Origin: Octopus sinensis
Taxonomy: Eukaryota
Length of the DNA stretch: 64,000 nucleotides
Reading direction: 5' to 3'
NCBI RefSeq assembly: GCF_006345805.1
Contig: NC_042997.1
Span: forward strand, 160,208,001-160,272,000
Made by a program: the position numbers and the translations under genes. Of this stretch, positions 1 to 15,067 are shown in pieces. The notes under the pieces were generated by a model. The model did not search any database, had not been told where the DNA came from, and saw only the letters and a program-made list of their open reading frames with translations. The first letter of the stretch is position 1, and each line of letters begins with the position of its first letter.

Positions 1-312
1 GAGAAGTACCCAACCAATTTCATTCAAATTTTACACATGCATTACTTAGGGTCCATGGATTGTTTTTAATGTCTTGCCTAATGCATGCTCGGAGCATTCG
101 TCTAGACTGGTTCAGTATTACATGTGAAAAGTGAATATTGTTTCACTTTTAATTAAGATCATCTTGTAGTACATATTTACCGTTCAATTATCAGTTAATA
201 AGCATCGTAGCAGTTGCAATGTTGCAAGGTATTTACAATTACATATTAACTCTTAAATTAAAATTTATTACATGTGCTTAATATATATGTATATTAAGAA
301 ATTTATCTATAA
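1..312 (+). mobile_element. Non-autonomous Helitron-like repeat (family A), 5'-proximal part; resumes at 6053-6115 after an insertion
   Basis: 1-56 matches the subterminal sequence of the Helitron-type 5' end at 5935-6052 (minus). 175-312 joined to 6053-6115 aligns continuously to 20400-20615. Confidence 0.6.
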
Positions 313-1740
<1,428 letters not shown>

Positions 1741-1744
1741 ACGC

Positions 1745-2020
1745 AAGCACAGACACACAAAGATAACTTGATAGATATAACTGAGTGGGCAAACAAAAAT
1801 ATGAGACACAGCCTAGGGCTTTTTTATGTTAATAAACCTGGTACTTATTCTATTAGTTTGTTCTTCTGAAACCAGTAAGTTATGGGGATGTAAATAAATG
1901 AACAGCAGTTGTGAATCATTGGTGAGGGCGAAAACAGAGACAAAACACACACATACACTTGCATATATACATACATATATATATATATATACGATTGAAT
2001 TGTTTCAGTCTACGAAATCC
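1745..2020 (-). mobile_element. Old, diverged SINE copy (3' two-thirds)
   Basis: Similar to the SINE body gtacttattctatcggtctcttttgccgaaccgctaagttacgggg at 46000-46030; same tail as the copies at 14860-15010 and 15170-15320. Confidence 0.6.
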
Positions 2021-3439
2021 ATATATATATATATATGTATACACATAGAAAAAATGTACATTTTATTCAAAGACAATAATTCTTTGAATCAAAGAAGTGA
2101 GCTAATGAACTTATGTAGGCACGCGGCTAAATTTAAAATGTCGAATATAAATATACCATATGGATAGAGTATATATTTTATATTTTGTATTTTTGATTTT
2201 TGAAATTTTGATTTTGACTCTTGAACTAGTATGTAAGCGCTACGATGGATTTTGTTTCACGCTATGCAGATTTTAATCCGTATAGCAAAGTCTTATATTT
2301 CTACATATACATTAGGAAAAACCTTCGACTTTGTTTATTTCATGTTATTGTATTGTATAGGATTACCTTGATTATTTATAGATGATCAAAAATAGGGTGT
2401 TATATTTTATTTTATGTCTTTCGTATATATTTTTTATTATTGCACTCATTTTTTTAAAAAAAAAGCAATGTTGTCAAAAATTAGAATTTTGATATAAGTA
2501 TGTGTATAGCCATGGATATGTATTTGTAAGCATGCGTATCTGTGTATGTGTAAGTGAGCGTATGTTTGTGCCTAAGCACACATATACACGACTGTATGTG
2601 TATGTATCCATTCGAACTTGTGTATTTGTATACTTGTCTCCATATATGTCAATAATGCCGTTACACAGCTTGTATGCATAATTTTTTCTTATTTCGTTTT
2701 TTTCCCCACCCCTCCTTTTTCTTTTTTCCTTCCCCCTTCTTCGTTCCTTTTTCTCTCTCTTCCTTTCTTTCGTTTTTTTCTCCAACTGATACTGATGCAA
2801 CTTTACGTCCCCCTTACTCAGTATATGAGAATCGCTACATAGATGATTTTAACTTGCGTGCGAGATGGATTGCGTGCATATATGTACACATGCATTTATG
2901 TGTATATGTTAGATTTATATTTATACGTCTGTATATGTATGGCGTTTGCACGCATCCTTCTGTGTATGTTGATATATATATGTACACTTTAATATAAATA
3001 TGTATTGCAGTGTAATATTTATTATAGGTTTTAATTTCTATGCTTTAATTATACTTTCTTCATTAACGTCAATATGTATTTTATTCAATGTAAGGTTTTT
3101 CCTCGAATTTTATAATTTTTATAAGTTTTTATATATATATACATATATTTTTGACCTTTTTGTTTATCGCTCGAAGATTGACCGTTTTTTCTAAAGGGCC
3201 AATCAAACAAGTCCATTGTTTTTAAAGGTGTAGCGTTTGTAAGAGTCTAGATTGAATTGATATATCGGTTCCATTCTAGCAAAAACTGTCTGATGAACGG
3301 CAACGAGAAAATCAGAGTAACAGATTTTGTTGAATTTTCTGCTGCTTAAAATAAAGCATATTACTCTACTACTGGTATTTGAGTACTCTTTTTTCCACCT
3401 TGTTTCACATTTATGTGTTTATATTCCGGTATATACATG

Positions 3440-3483
<44 letters not shown>

Positions 3484-3491
3484 ACATACAT

Positions 3492-3557
<66 letters not shown>

Positions 3558-3682
3558 ATACATCTATATGTATACATCTATCTATCTATATTTATATATA
3601 TATATAGATAGATAGATGTATACATATAGATGTATATATATATGTATATGTGTATATATATATGGATGTATATATATATATA

Positions 3683-5445
3683 AAACTTAGAATAACTTAG
3701 AAAGGTTTTGGCCAGTATTGGCCCAGGCCATGTCTGACTTAACAGCACCACCTGGCGAAGTCTTTCAATTCAGGATTTGGGCACCAAGGCCCATTCGAGC
3801 AGAGAGTTATTGTTTGCGGTGACATATCTGGGTGTGGGTGGTTTGTCCGGGACTGTTTGAAGGAATTTGTCCAAAGACTTCTTGAAATTTGTGTGGTCAG
3901 TTTCTGTTTTGACGTGTCCTGGTGTAATGTTGAAGAGAGCGGGTCCAATTGAGGTGAAATAATTGTACCGTATTGTCGGTATGTGATGCGATTTAGATTT
4001 TTGTTATGGACGGATGGCACATGGTCCAAGCCTTGGATGTATTTTGAAGGTGATGCCAACATCATTCGGACAGTGCTGATGGAATATTTTCCACATCATA
4101 CAGATAATGTAGCGTTCACGGCGTCGTTGGAGTGAATACAGTTTCAGCTTCTCTAATCTACCCCAGTAGTCGAGGTCTGACATGCCATCTATCTTTTTTA
4201 TGATTGACCTTAGGGGAGCTTCAATTCTCATAATATTTTGTTTTGTGTAGGGAGACCACAGTGGACAGCAGTATTCAAGGTGGGGTCGGGCAAAAGTAGA
4301 GAAGAGATGGATAATGGTGTGGGAATGTCTCGACTGGAAGGTTCTGAGAATCCAGGAACACATTCCACGGGCCATGTCAACTTTGCTGCTTATATGTGTA
4401 GCCCAGCTTATGTTGTTGTCCACTGTTACTCCCAAGTCTCTGATGTTGTTAGACGCCATGAGAATTTCTCCAGAAGGAAGGGAGTATGGAAGCTTCAGAG
4501 CGTCCTCCCTTCCAAAGTGGATCAGTTCGAATTTGTCTTCGTTTAGCAACATGTTGTTCTTTTCCGCCCATTGGACAACAGCCATTAGGTCTGACTGAAG
4601 GCTTATTCGGTCATCCACGCCATTGATGACCTTCTGGAGCTTGGAATCATCAGCGAAGGTTCTGATGTTACTGTGTTTGATGGTGTCAGTAATATCATTT
4701 ATGTAGATGATGACAAGAAGTGGGCCCAACACAGTGCCTAGTGGGACACCACTGCTGACTTTGGCTGGGCTGGATTTGACTCCTTCGACTACAACATGTT
4801 GGGTTCTGTTAGACAGGAAGCACTTGATCCACTGCAGCAGCTTTCCAGTGACACCAATATTTGACAGTTTTCTCAAAAGGATCTTATGATCAACCCTGTC
4901 AAAGGCCTTGCTGAAATCAAGGTAGATGACATCAGTGTTGGAACCCTCTCCCAAGGCCCTCAAAATGTCATCAAAATGATGCAGTAGCTGCGTCAGGCAA
5001 TCTCTTCCATTACGGAATCCATGCTGGTTGGAATTCAGCATATTATGACTCTCAAGGAAGTGAGTTATACGCGATCTTAGCACTCTCTCAAATATCTTAA
5101 TGATGTGAGAGGTGAGTGAGATTGGACGGTAATTCACGGCAAGCGATTTCTTTTCTTTTTTGAAAACTGGGACAACAGACTGGGATAGAAGGTCTTCTGG
5201 TATATATCCAGCATCCAGTGAGTTCCGCTACAGATTGGCTAGAGGGGGTGCAAGTTGGTGTTGACACATCTTCAAGACACAAGCAGGGAATCTATCGGGA
5301 CCTACTGCTGAATTATGCTTCATTTCCTTTATTGCTGCTAAGACATCAGGAGCGCCAAAGGTTATGTCCGATAAAGTGTATTGGGGAGTAACATCACTGA
5401 TACAGCCCAGATCAGTCATATCAGGATTGCTGAAAACCGAGCAAT
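3683..5445 (-). mobile_element. 5'-truncated CR1/L2-like LINE (family a), RT domain to 3' end
   Basis: ORF 4004-5137 has NYRPISL, YLDFSKAFDRVDH, GVPLGTVLGP, FADDSK and LYSLQRRRERY. The frame is interrupted only by nonsense codons (TAG near 5220, TAA at 4004). 3' tail (ttctaagtta)2 followed by (TA)n. Confidence 0.95.
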
Positions 5446-5467
5446 ATTATATATATATATATATACA

Positions 5468-5513
<46 letters not shown>

Positions 5514-5575
5514 ATATATACGTATACATATATATAACATCTATCTATCTATATGTATAAATGTATAAATGTATA

Positions 5576-5624
<49 letters not shown>

Positions 5625-6238
5625 CTACATGCCAATTTAAATTTAAGATAATTAGGGTGAAAAATTGAATGTCAATTTGATTAATATGAATTTAAAAGCA
5701 GTTGTGTAGCATATAAGACCATAGCGGATCTTCTAGCGTAATGGATGTCCAGTTTATCCCTGTTATATAAAAGTTTCAATTTAATAGTTTCAGTATTAAA
5801 GTGAAAGTATATTAAAATGAAATCATGTGACATTACAATAGAGGGATGTTTTTGTTTCACTTTTGACACGTAATACTGGACTAGTGGAGAAGATATGATA
5901 TTGCTGTGGGCTCACTCTAGATAAAAAGTTCAATGGACCCTAAGTAAGGCATGTTTAAAATTTGAATGAAATTGGTTGTGTAGTTCTCAAACTTTAGGTA
6001 TTCAAAAAGATAGACAGACAGACAGACACATTCTCAGTTTTATATATATAGATAATTATTGTGGCATTTACGGTTAAATTAGCAGTTCGTACATATGCTT
6101 ATATTTAGCTCATTTACTTCGGCAGAAGTTAGAGAGTAAGTCAAATGCTAAGAGTTTCACGTATTGACAATTATCAAACATGAATTTGGCCATCACTCTG
6201 TAATTTCTGCCTATTATTAATGTTTGTGTGTATGTATG

Positions 6239-6270
<32 letters not shown>

Positions 6271-7184
6271 GATAGATAGAAGAGAGAGAGAGAGAGAGAG
6301 AGAGACACGAACACACACATTATCATATATGTTGCTATAATAACATCTCCGGTTATTAAAGAAGGGTTTTGTTAGGGGAGATTTTCAGTTTAAATTTTTC
6401 TGTTGTCGAAGATACATCGTTTTGTCTATTGACCCGGAGGTTGTTGATGGCAAACAGCAGCAATAATTTTCTTCAGGTGAATACACGTCATTGATTGGTT
6501 AAAATTACCCAAATACGACAATTTAACAAGAAATAACTTCTAAAATACAAAATTTTGTCCAAAACGTTAAGATTAAATCCTTTTCTACATGACACATTCT
6601 CCCAGTATCCGAAGTTTCAAAGTGTTTAGTTTGAAACATTAATTTTAAAATCTGTGCATGAGAAGGAATACATCCCACGTGTCTTACGATCACACTCCGT
6701 ACTTCATGAAGTGGATCTTTATCGGGTAGATACACTTCATGGATTCAATTTTTCAGGCGATATGACGTTCATGGATGTTTACCAAAGGTTGTTTATCCGT
6801 TTTAACCAGTGAAAATGTTGGTTATGTGGGTATTTCTGTGTATATTTGGCGTGGAGGAAGGGAAGGTGATGGGAAGAGAGGAAGGAATGATCGTTATATG
6901 GGGATGGAGGTGTGTGTGGTGATGTTGGACTTATTTTGCTATTCAATCTGCAGATATGAAGGATTGGTATTACATTCCTTTGTTCGATCTCACCTAAGCT
7001 ATGATTCTTCAATGGAGTCTGAAATAAACGGGTCAGCAGGTACAGCCACTACAGCCATCAGCTGTTGGAGATTATAGTCTGAGTTGATAAATGATACTTT
7101 CTTAGGGTGACCTTTAAATTCTTTCTGGTCGTACAGATGTATAGTGTATAACATCCTAAACATTGGATGGCATGTTTATACATA

Positions 7185-7926
7185 TACGAGAGGATACTCC
7201 TAAAGAACTGGAATTTTGCAATATAATTTTATTCACTTAGATTTACATGTTTACACTTACACTGCCTTCAAAGTTTCCTCCGTTTGAAGCAATGCATCGG
7301 TCCAGATATATTATCCACTGTTCGAAGTAGGCCTGGAACACTTGCGAAGTGATACTTTTTTAAACACCTTCGTCGTTTTTTTTTTCTTCTTCAATTCCAC
7401 ACCTCTAAATTCCGTAGTACCAGCTTTCCTCATCATTGATGACCTTCGAAAAAAAGGTCCGGATCAACTTCCAGCTGTTCTTTCAGTTCATGATACGCAT
7501 TCAGTCGTGACTGCTTTTGATCTTGCATGAGCAAGCAAGGCACAGATCTTGCTACAACTGTTTTCTGTTTTCATTCGTAATTCCTAGTTCAACAAACTTT
7601 GGCAGGAGCTTCAGGATACAGTAGTCAATTGTTCGTCAATTATTCGGTGACATTCCTCCACAATCAGTTCACGAATTTTCATTTTGTTTTTATTCGTTTG
7701 GAAGTTCAACGGTCACCTTGAATGGTGTGGGTCTTCATGCGACAAGTGACCATTCCTAAAGCGTGAAAACCACACGTAAATTTCTGCTTTGCTCATAATA
7801 ACGTCCTTGGAAACTGTTTGAAGCATGGCAACTGTTTCGGCCGACGTGGACTTCTAGTGGGGGAAGCTTTGAACTACAAAGGGTTCGTCCTACAGAGAAT
7901 CTTTCCAGGTAATTTTGGTTAAGTCC

Positions 7927-7929
<3 letters not shown>
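7185..7929 (-). mobile_element. Internally deleted, degenerate mariner transposon
   Basis: Minus strand translates to KSTSAETVAMLQTVSKDVIMSKAEIYVWFSRFRNGH (mariner HTH), LKEQLEVDPDLFSKVI..ESW and RCIASNGGNFEG. TA-CGAG end at 7185; degenerate matching TIR at ~7900-7927. Confidence 0.75.
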
Positions 7930-7977
<48 letters not shown>

Positions 7978-8049
7978 ACATATATATATATATATATATA
8001 TATAGTTACCGAATTTTTGTAAATGTGTATAGAATATTATATCAGTTGA

Positions 8050-9540
8050 ATAAACTTACGACATGGTCTGGTTTTCACGTATTTTATTATTGTATTTAAA
8101 CAATTTTTTACTCTGTTGAAGTGTGTTAAACATTAAAAAAATATATTGTAGTGTTCATAAAGATCAATTAGCGCTTTCATACGTTCGTAGTAATCATCAG
8201 ATGTCAAAATGTATTTAACTGACAGCTGAGTTCTTGACAACTTTATACCTTTTAGAAGGTTCTGACTAGCTGGATTTTTGGAATACAGTTTCGAGCAATC
8301 AGAAAATTGCTTAAACGTCACGGTTTTCCGGGCGCACTGATATTACTGGCATAGATCTCGCCTTTATTTTATCCAATTAGCTTGCAGTTTACATGTAATA
8401 GTTTTCTTAGTGAGCAAAATTAGTATGTTTCTCTGGTTTTTATTTCAATAGGTGGGTGTTCTGTAATTTGTTTATATTCATATGTTAAAGATATTTTTTA
8501 ATCCACATCATTAACTGGTTGTTATATTATTGCTGTTATTTCCGTTCAGAACAGGTTTGAACATTTTAATAAGACGTTTTTCTTTTATATTTCTTCCAAC
8601 TTCACTTGCGTGACATAGTTTGTGGAAAGAAAAGATTAGAAACATTTTTCTGATTACATGTTTCTATATGTTCGCTCAATGGCATTTTGCGAGCATTACT
8701 GTCCCGGATTTGTTGACTCGTGAGCGTTCCGACATATGTTCCCTGTCTTGCTAATAGATAGTTCCTCGCAATTATGTCATTTAATATAGTAGATCAAATT
8801 TCTGCCCTTATCTGCATTTGTGAAAACCTGTCCATGTTTACGTTCTAATGGATCTACCAGTATGCGTGTATTAACACGTTTTACGTCTCTTATCGTTACT
8901 GCGATATTGCGAATGTTTCTACCTGTTTGATCATGATGAATTTTGCCTTTGTTAATAGTTTCTTTAGGCTATGGGATTGCCTTTTGTTTAAGATAAGTGT
9001 TTGATACTTTATTATGTTTTTTTAATTTTTCACTTTGTTTCATGATTGGCAAATTTGTTTTTGGTGATGCTAAAAATGTTCTGGTGATGCGAATTGTGTT
9101 ACTAGAAATGGTATTGTATTCCGTTGTTGACTTCGTCTTTCTCGTGTTGTCCTCAGTTGTTCTAATGGTATCTCTTTTGCTCGTTGTAGGCTATTTTCTA
9201 TAACTCGGAGAAGATGTTTTTGCTTGAGCAGAAATAATTTCAGTTCTACAAGTTGTATGTTGCTGCTATTTGTATCATCTACTATAATACACATTTTCCT
9301 AGCTAGACTGTACGGAATGTTGCGTTTTCTTTGTGTTGGGTGGCAATATTTGAAATTTAGGTAGTGGTGTGTATCTGCTCTTTTGTAATAAATATTAGTT
9401 GTGATTATGTTGCTGTTTTTAATTACCAATTAAGCCAAGAAGTGGTAATTGTGTGTTACTAATTTCCCTTGTGAATTTAAGACTAAGGTGTAGATTGTGG
9501 AGGAGGGTGTTGAATTCTTCCAGATTTTGCAGGGATTTGG
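8050..9540 (-). mobile_element. Penelope-like retroelement remnant (RT C-terminus, GIY-YIG, 3' LTR region)
   Basis: ORF 9070-9429 has IYYKRADTHHYLNFKYCHP..KRNIPYSLARK. NLIYYIK.HNCEE and PLSEHIETC at ~8650-8800. Hammerhead-like motif at 8169-8200. Confidence 0.85.
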
Positions 9541-9830
9541 TCCAAATTAGGACCAATCATCGAGATATGGGGGACGTGATTTGCTCCAGATTTTGCGAAC
9601 TCAATATTGGGATACTTGGGACAAACATTGTATCAAGAAATTGCAGAAAACTACAGCATGACCTTTAGAAGACATATAGAGGGCAGATGGGAAAGATACC
9701 TCGATGATTGTTTCCTAATTTGGATCAAATTTCGTTGAAAATCCGGAAAAATTCAGCACTCTTAACAATCTACACTGTAGTCTCAAATTCACAAGAATAA
9801 TGAGCAACAAAAGGAAAAGATAGTTCAGCT
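9541..9830 (+). mobile_element. Inverted upstream segment of the same Penelope RT
   Basis: Plus strand gives GT*FAPDFANSILGYLGQTLYQ and RWERYLDDCFLIW (YLDD catalytic motif), then sequence homologous to the minus-strand LHNLHLSLKFT. Confidence 0.75.
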
Positions 9831-10819
9831 TGCTGTTCTCGAATCCCGTAAATATTATGAGGTCAGTGCATTTAGTGGCTTTCAGTATTAGATTTTGTCA
9901 CTTATTTCTAGCAACACCGGTGCAATTTTGCTTCCCCATTTATTAATCTCTATTGGCTTTTAATTCCTAACGAGCCACTTGTATTATAATGTATTTAATA
10001 TGTCTTAATATATTAACATATTATTAAAAACCGTTAGATTCACTTCAACATTTAAATTTTGTTTGTCAAAATATTTTCGTCGCTTTGAAACCGCGTTTTC
10101 GTTTGTTTTCAAATGACTTATAAACAATTACCACGCTGCAATTGTTTCTGTACTAGCACACCATGAACTTAGATCAAGTCCCTCAGTTGCACTGATAGAG
10201 CTTCAGGAATATAAAATTAAGAAGAGAAAACAAATTCGAAGGCCAATGTATATATTCATTCAATCCGTATTAACGAAGTTCTTCATGGTTTACAAAGTGC
10301 ATACATAGATGCATTCATCTATATGATATATAAATATTTCTAAGAATTTATAAATACATAAATATACACGAAAATTTATAAATATATGAAAATTCATGCC
10401 ATGATAAAAATTTATAAGCGCATAAATATTCATAAATGTAAATATATAAAAACTGTGTCAATCCATAAATGCACTGGCGAAGTCCCAATGAAAAGGGCGA
10501 TGAAGCGGATGTAAAGGAGTCTGGAACATGTATAAAGTCTATGTATAAAGGCTTACGGCCATTTCGAAAAGATATAGGTTTCAATGGGCGAGCTAACTCC
10601 AACCGTAGCAATATTCTATATTTCTCTCATCGCAGTTAATAGAATCACAAGGTTAAAGTTTTAAAAGAAATGTTTGGTTAAATGATTTAAAGAATCGAAT
10701 CTTTGATCGGACCATTCTTTTTGGGCATAGAAAGTTAAAATATATTACGACACAGTGTATAATGTAAGGTATATTACGACGCTATGTATAAAATATAAAG
10801 TTTTCGAAGAGTCCATAAT

Positions 10820-11140
10820 ATGAAGTAAGGCTAAACTAGAACCCTGTAGTTTAATTATTCTTGAAAAATTTAAACGTTGGAAGATATTTGTATGTATAGG
10901 TAATTATAACGTCAGATATTTTATTGAGTAAACTGTTTTTGTTGCCTCGGATTATGTGGACCGCCTCCTTCGTGCACAAATCGTAATTCTTCGTGCGTGT
11001 ATTATATGTTTGCTTCCCTTATTATAAACCAATTCATATTGAATTGTTTGTTGTTCATTTTTAGTCTATTGATGTAAGTTGCTAGTGTAGTTGAGATATT
11101 TGTTTCGTGGTTAGTGAACTAGTTTAAAAAGATAAATACA
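10820..11140 (-). mobile_element. Penelope-like GIY-YIG C-terminal remnant
   Basis: Minus strand reads STTLATYINRLKMNNKQFNMNWFIIREA and DLCTKEAVHII..SLLNKISD..KYL. Confidence 0.65.
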
Positions 11141-11854
11141 CCTTAGATATTCTTAACTGACTTTTATATGTCTTACCCCCGCCAACCACTTAGATCCTCT
11201 GAAGAAGCCTAGGGGGCACATCCATTATCCAAGTCTTATCTGTTCATCACTGCATAACACTGAAAAGATGGAGATAACCTGGAAGATTTCGTTGCCTGTT
11301 GGCAGCAACGGCCGTAAGGAACTAGCAACTGCACACCCATTTAGTTTTTTGCCAATTTGCTCATGTGCTCAATTGCTCATTTGTTTCTATATGCTTATAT
11401 GTATTCACACCCTTGCTTTGCTCTTACCAGATTATTCCACTCTCTAATCTGTACCACTCATACATGTGTGTGCATTCATCCAATACAATTTTTAAATATA
11501 AACAAATGACTGAATAAGATGAGCTATCCTCAGGCTGAATCAAACTCACAAATCGATGCTTTCATGGTTCCATGAGAATCTGATTGGCCAAACGCTCACC
11601 AATCAATATATACTTAAAATGTCTTGATACTACTTAAATAATATTTTCATAAACAAACCCGAAAGAGTTTGCGAGCTATTATGGAAGGCTCATAGTATAA
11701 TAACTGTATATAATATATATCATAAATATATTTATTCTCCGATTTGAAGCGACAATTTTTAGAAACAAACGACCGAATAATAATGAGTTCGCCTCATTAC
11801 ATACATATTACATGCATATATATACATACATATATATAATATATATATATATAT

Positions 11855-11926
<72 letters not shown>

Positions 11927-12699
11927 TGTTATATATGTGTATATATAAACGCCACGCATCCATTTCCAATTAAGTTTTATCTTAATATCCCGATGCGCAC
12001 TTTTATTCTATATCTAATCTTTCTATCTCCCTCTCTTGTTCTTCCTTTCTGTTGTTCTGTCCCACCCTTTACCTATTCTTCGCCTCTCCCCTTCACCGTT
12101 CTCTCTCTATCTCACTCTTCCTCCTTGATTCTCTCGTTGCTCACACGTGACCAACGCTATCCATCTTTCTTCCACTTCCTTCCTAAAGACAAGACGTACT
12201 CATCTCAAAGCCCTTTTTCCAGGTTTATTACTTCATATCGTCTTGGTTTAATAGCCCTCACCGTTTGTTTTTACTGTTTTGTTCTTACTGTACTGTTTTT
12301 GTTACCACTTTAACCCTCCGAAAAATTCCAAATTTTATTTTATTTGCTTTGCGGGATGGACTGTTTTTTTAACGAAGTTGCGTCCTGTCCCTACCTTTAA
12401 TACGCGGAGTAGATAAAACAGGGGACAGCTGATGAAGGGAATGTTCTTTATATTGTCTTTCTCCTTTCACTATTTGTTTATTTCGTTGTTCGAAAAAAAG
12501 TTCGTTTTCTATGTTTTTTTATGTTATCGTTTCTCTTTTTCTTCACGGTTTTTTTATGCCCTGTATCCTTATAAGCCACCTTATATACATATATATGTAG
12601 GTACGTACATATATGTATGTATACATGCATATATTTATATATTATTTATATTACATATATATATATATGTATAAATTTAATCCAAACATGAAAACACAA

Positions 12700-13000
12700 A
12701 GAGAAAACACAACAACGTGATGACGTGGAACAAGTATAGTGTTATTGGACGCTCTGGAAACAAGGAAAGAAGGAGGATTTAACGTTTCGAGCGGAGCTCT
12801 TCGTCAAAAACATAGGAAAAGGAAAGATCCAAATAAGGGAAGACGGAGGAAAAAATCGCCAACGGTACACACGCGGTCAATATCAGGTATGTTATGAGCC
12901 TTTTTGAGAACTCGTATCCTCAACAAACAATTAAAAATGGAGAAGTGAAGGTGTTAAAAGTTTTATAAAATTTATGCATACGATCTTTTCGAACGGTATT
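12700..13000 (-). mobile_element. PLE LTR-like repeat fragment
   Basis: Minus strand TTGACGA-aGAGCtccGCTC-GAAACGTTA (degenerate hammerhead-like core). 12890-13030 is similar to the arms of the foldback at 60005-62316. Confidence 0.4.
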
Positions 13001-13724
13001 ATTAACATGTAAGAAACATAGAACAAATTTTTAATTAATTTATAATTATAATTACATTAATTACATACCGTTACATATGCCTCTATGCATCTTTTCTATC
13101 ATCTTCCCCCACATTTTTCTACTTTCTTATCCGTAATTTATTCCATTTGTATATATTTATAGTATTTCCACATTCTTTTCTCTTTACTAGTATTAAAATT
13201 ATTCTTATTTATCTACCATAATAATTATTATTTCTATTTCTAACGTCTTTTCAACACCATTTAATATAATTAATAGATTATACGTTATATTCTATATTTC
13301 ATTTATAAAACTTAAGAACTTTATACATATACGTATGTCGTATATTATTCATATTATCATAATTATATATATGGATGTAATATGTCTGTATACATCTGCA
13401 TATGCTAACGTGTATATATATACATATATACGTATATGTATATATATATATTTATATATATATATATATGTATATATATTCACATATTCTTTTATCTTAT
13501 TTCGTAGTTTTCTTTTCATCTGAAATACACCAGTATACATAAAATGTATATACATATAAAATAATATTCTTCGCTTATATTGGAGCTTTATACATATGAA
13601 TTACTTCTCATATCTTTATTATACTCATATTTTTTGCACCTATCACTCCATAATAATAAAAAACACTTTCTTATTACATCCACTTTCATCACTATATAAT
13701 AAGTTAAAAATTAAACATATATAT

Positions 13725-14010
<286 letters not shown>

Positions 14011-14013
<3 letters not shown>

Positions 14014-14383
14014 GAGGCGCAATGGCCAGTGTTAGGGCAGCGGACTCGCGGTCGGAGGATCGCGGTTTCGATTCCAAGACGGGCATTGTGAGTGTTATTG
14101 AGCGAAAACACCTAAAGCTCCACGAGGCTCCCGGCAGGGGGTGGTGGTGAACCCTGCTGTACTCTTTCACCCAAATTTCTCTCGTTCTCTTTCCTGTTCC
14201 TTGTACCTCTATTTCAAAGGGCCAGCCTTGTCACACTTGTGTCATGCTGAATCTCCCGAGAATACATTAAGGGTACCACGTGTCTGTGGAGTGCTCAGCC
14301 ACTTGCACGTTAATATCACGAGCAAGCTGTTCCGTTGTTGTATCAGCTGGGCCCTCATCGTCGCGACCGACGGAGAGTGCTCC
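14011..14383 (+). mobile_element. Full-length tRNA-derived SINE inserted in (TA)n
   Basis: A-box-like gcgcaatggccagtgttagg and B-box-like ggtttcgattcc; GC-rich body; (TA)n on both sides. Confidence 0.85.
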
Positions 14384-14389
14384 TATATA

Positions 14390-14447
<58 letters not shown>

Positions 14448-14654
14448 GTATATATATATATCCTATTATATATATATATATATATACACATATGTATATA
14501 TATACATGTATATGTAGAGATGCATTTTATAGATATAGGTGTATATGTATACATGTATGTGTAGATATATACATATATAGATGTAATATGTACATATATA
14601 TATACGCATATATACATGCAGGCACAGATACACCCATACACACACACATACATA

Positions 14655-15010
14655 GGTACAGGTGTGGCTGTGTGGTAAAAAACATGGTTCCAAAAAACAT
14701 GGTCCTGAGTTCAGTCTACTGTGTGGTGACTTGGCATGTGTCTTCTGCTATAGCCTCAGATCAACCAAAGCTTTGTCAGTGGATTTTGTAGACAGAAACG
14801 GAAAGACATCAATCGTATATATATGTATGTATATATGTAACTCTATGGGTGAGTCATCACTGCTTCACAACTGGTGTTCGTTTATTTACATCCCCATAAT
14901 GTATTGGTTTTACAAGAAGCTGATAGAAAAAGTACCAGTCTTATCAAAATAAAACAAGCACTAGGCAGTGTCTCGTATTTTAATTTGGCCACTCAGTTGT
15001 ATCTATCAAT
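14655..15010 (+). mobile_element. Diverged SINE (abundant family with internal microsatellite)
   Basis: Head gtggctgtgtggta...gagttcagtc matches the copies at 54724 (+) and 46200-46280 (-). Confidence 0.7.
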
Positions 15011-15067
15011 TCATATTTGTGTGTGTGGGTGTATACATACATATATATATATATATCTGATTATATA

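Noticed and set aside
3285-3320. CTGATGA...GAAA as another hammerhead
   Set aside because: No convincing stem II or NUH triplet with stem III pairing.
6400-7080. Moderate-complexity segment with short ORFs (6523-6735, 6775-7077)
   Set aside because: No recognisable protein motif in the frames examined; probably an old repeat.
12429-12500. CTGATGA in a PLE-like context
   Set aside because: I could not place a matching GAAA, stem III and stem I; at best a decayed copy.
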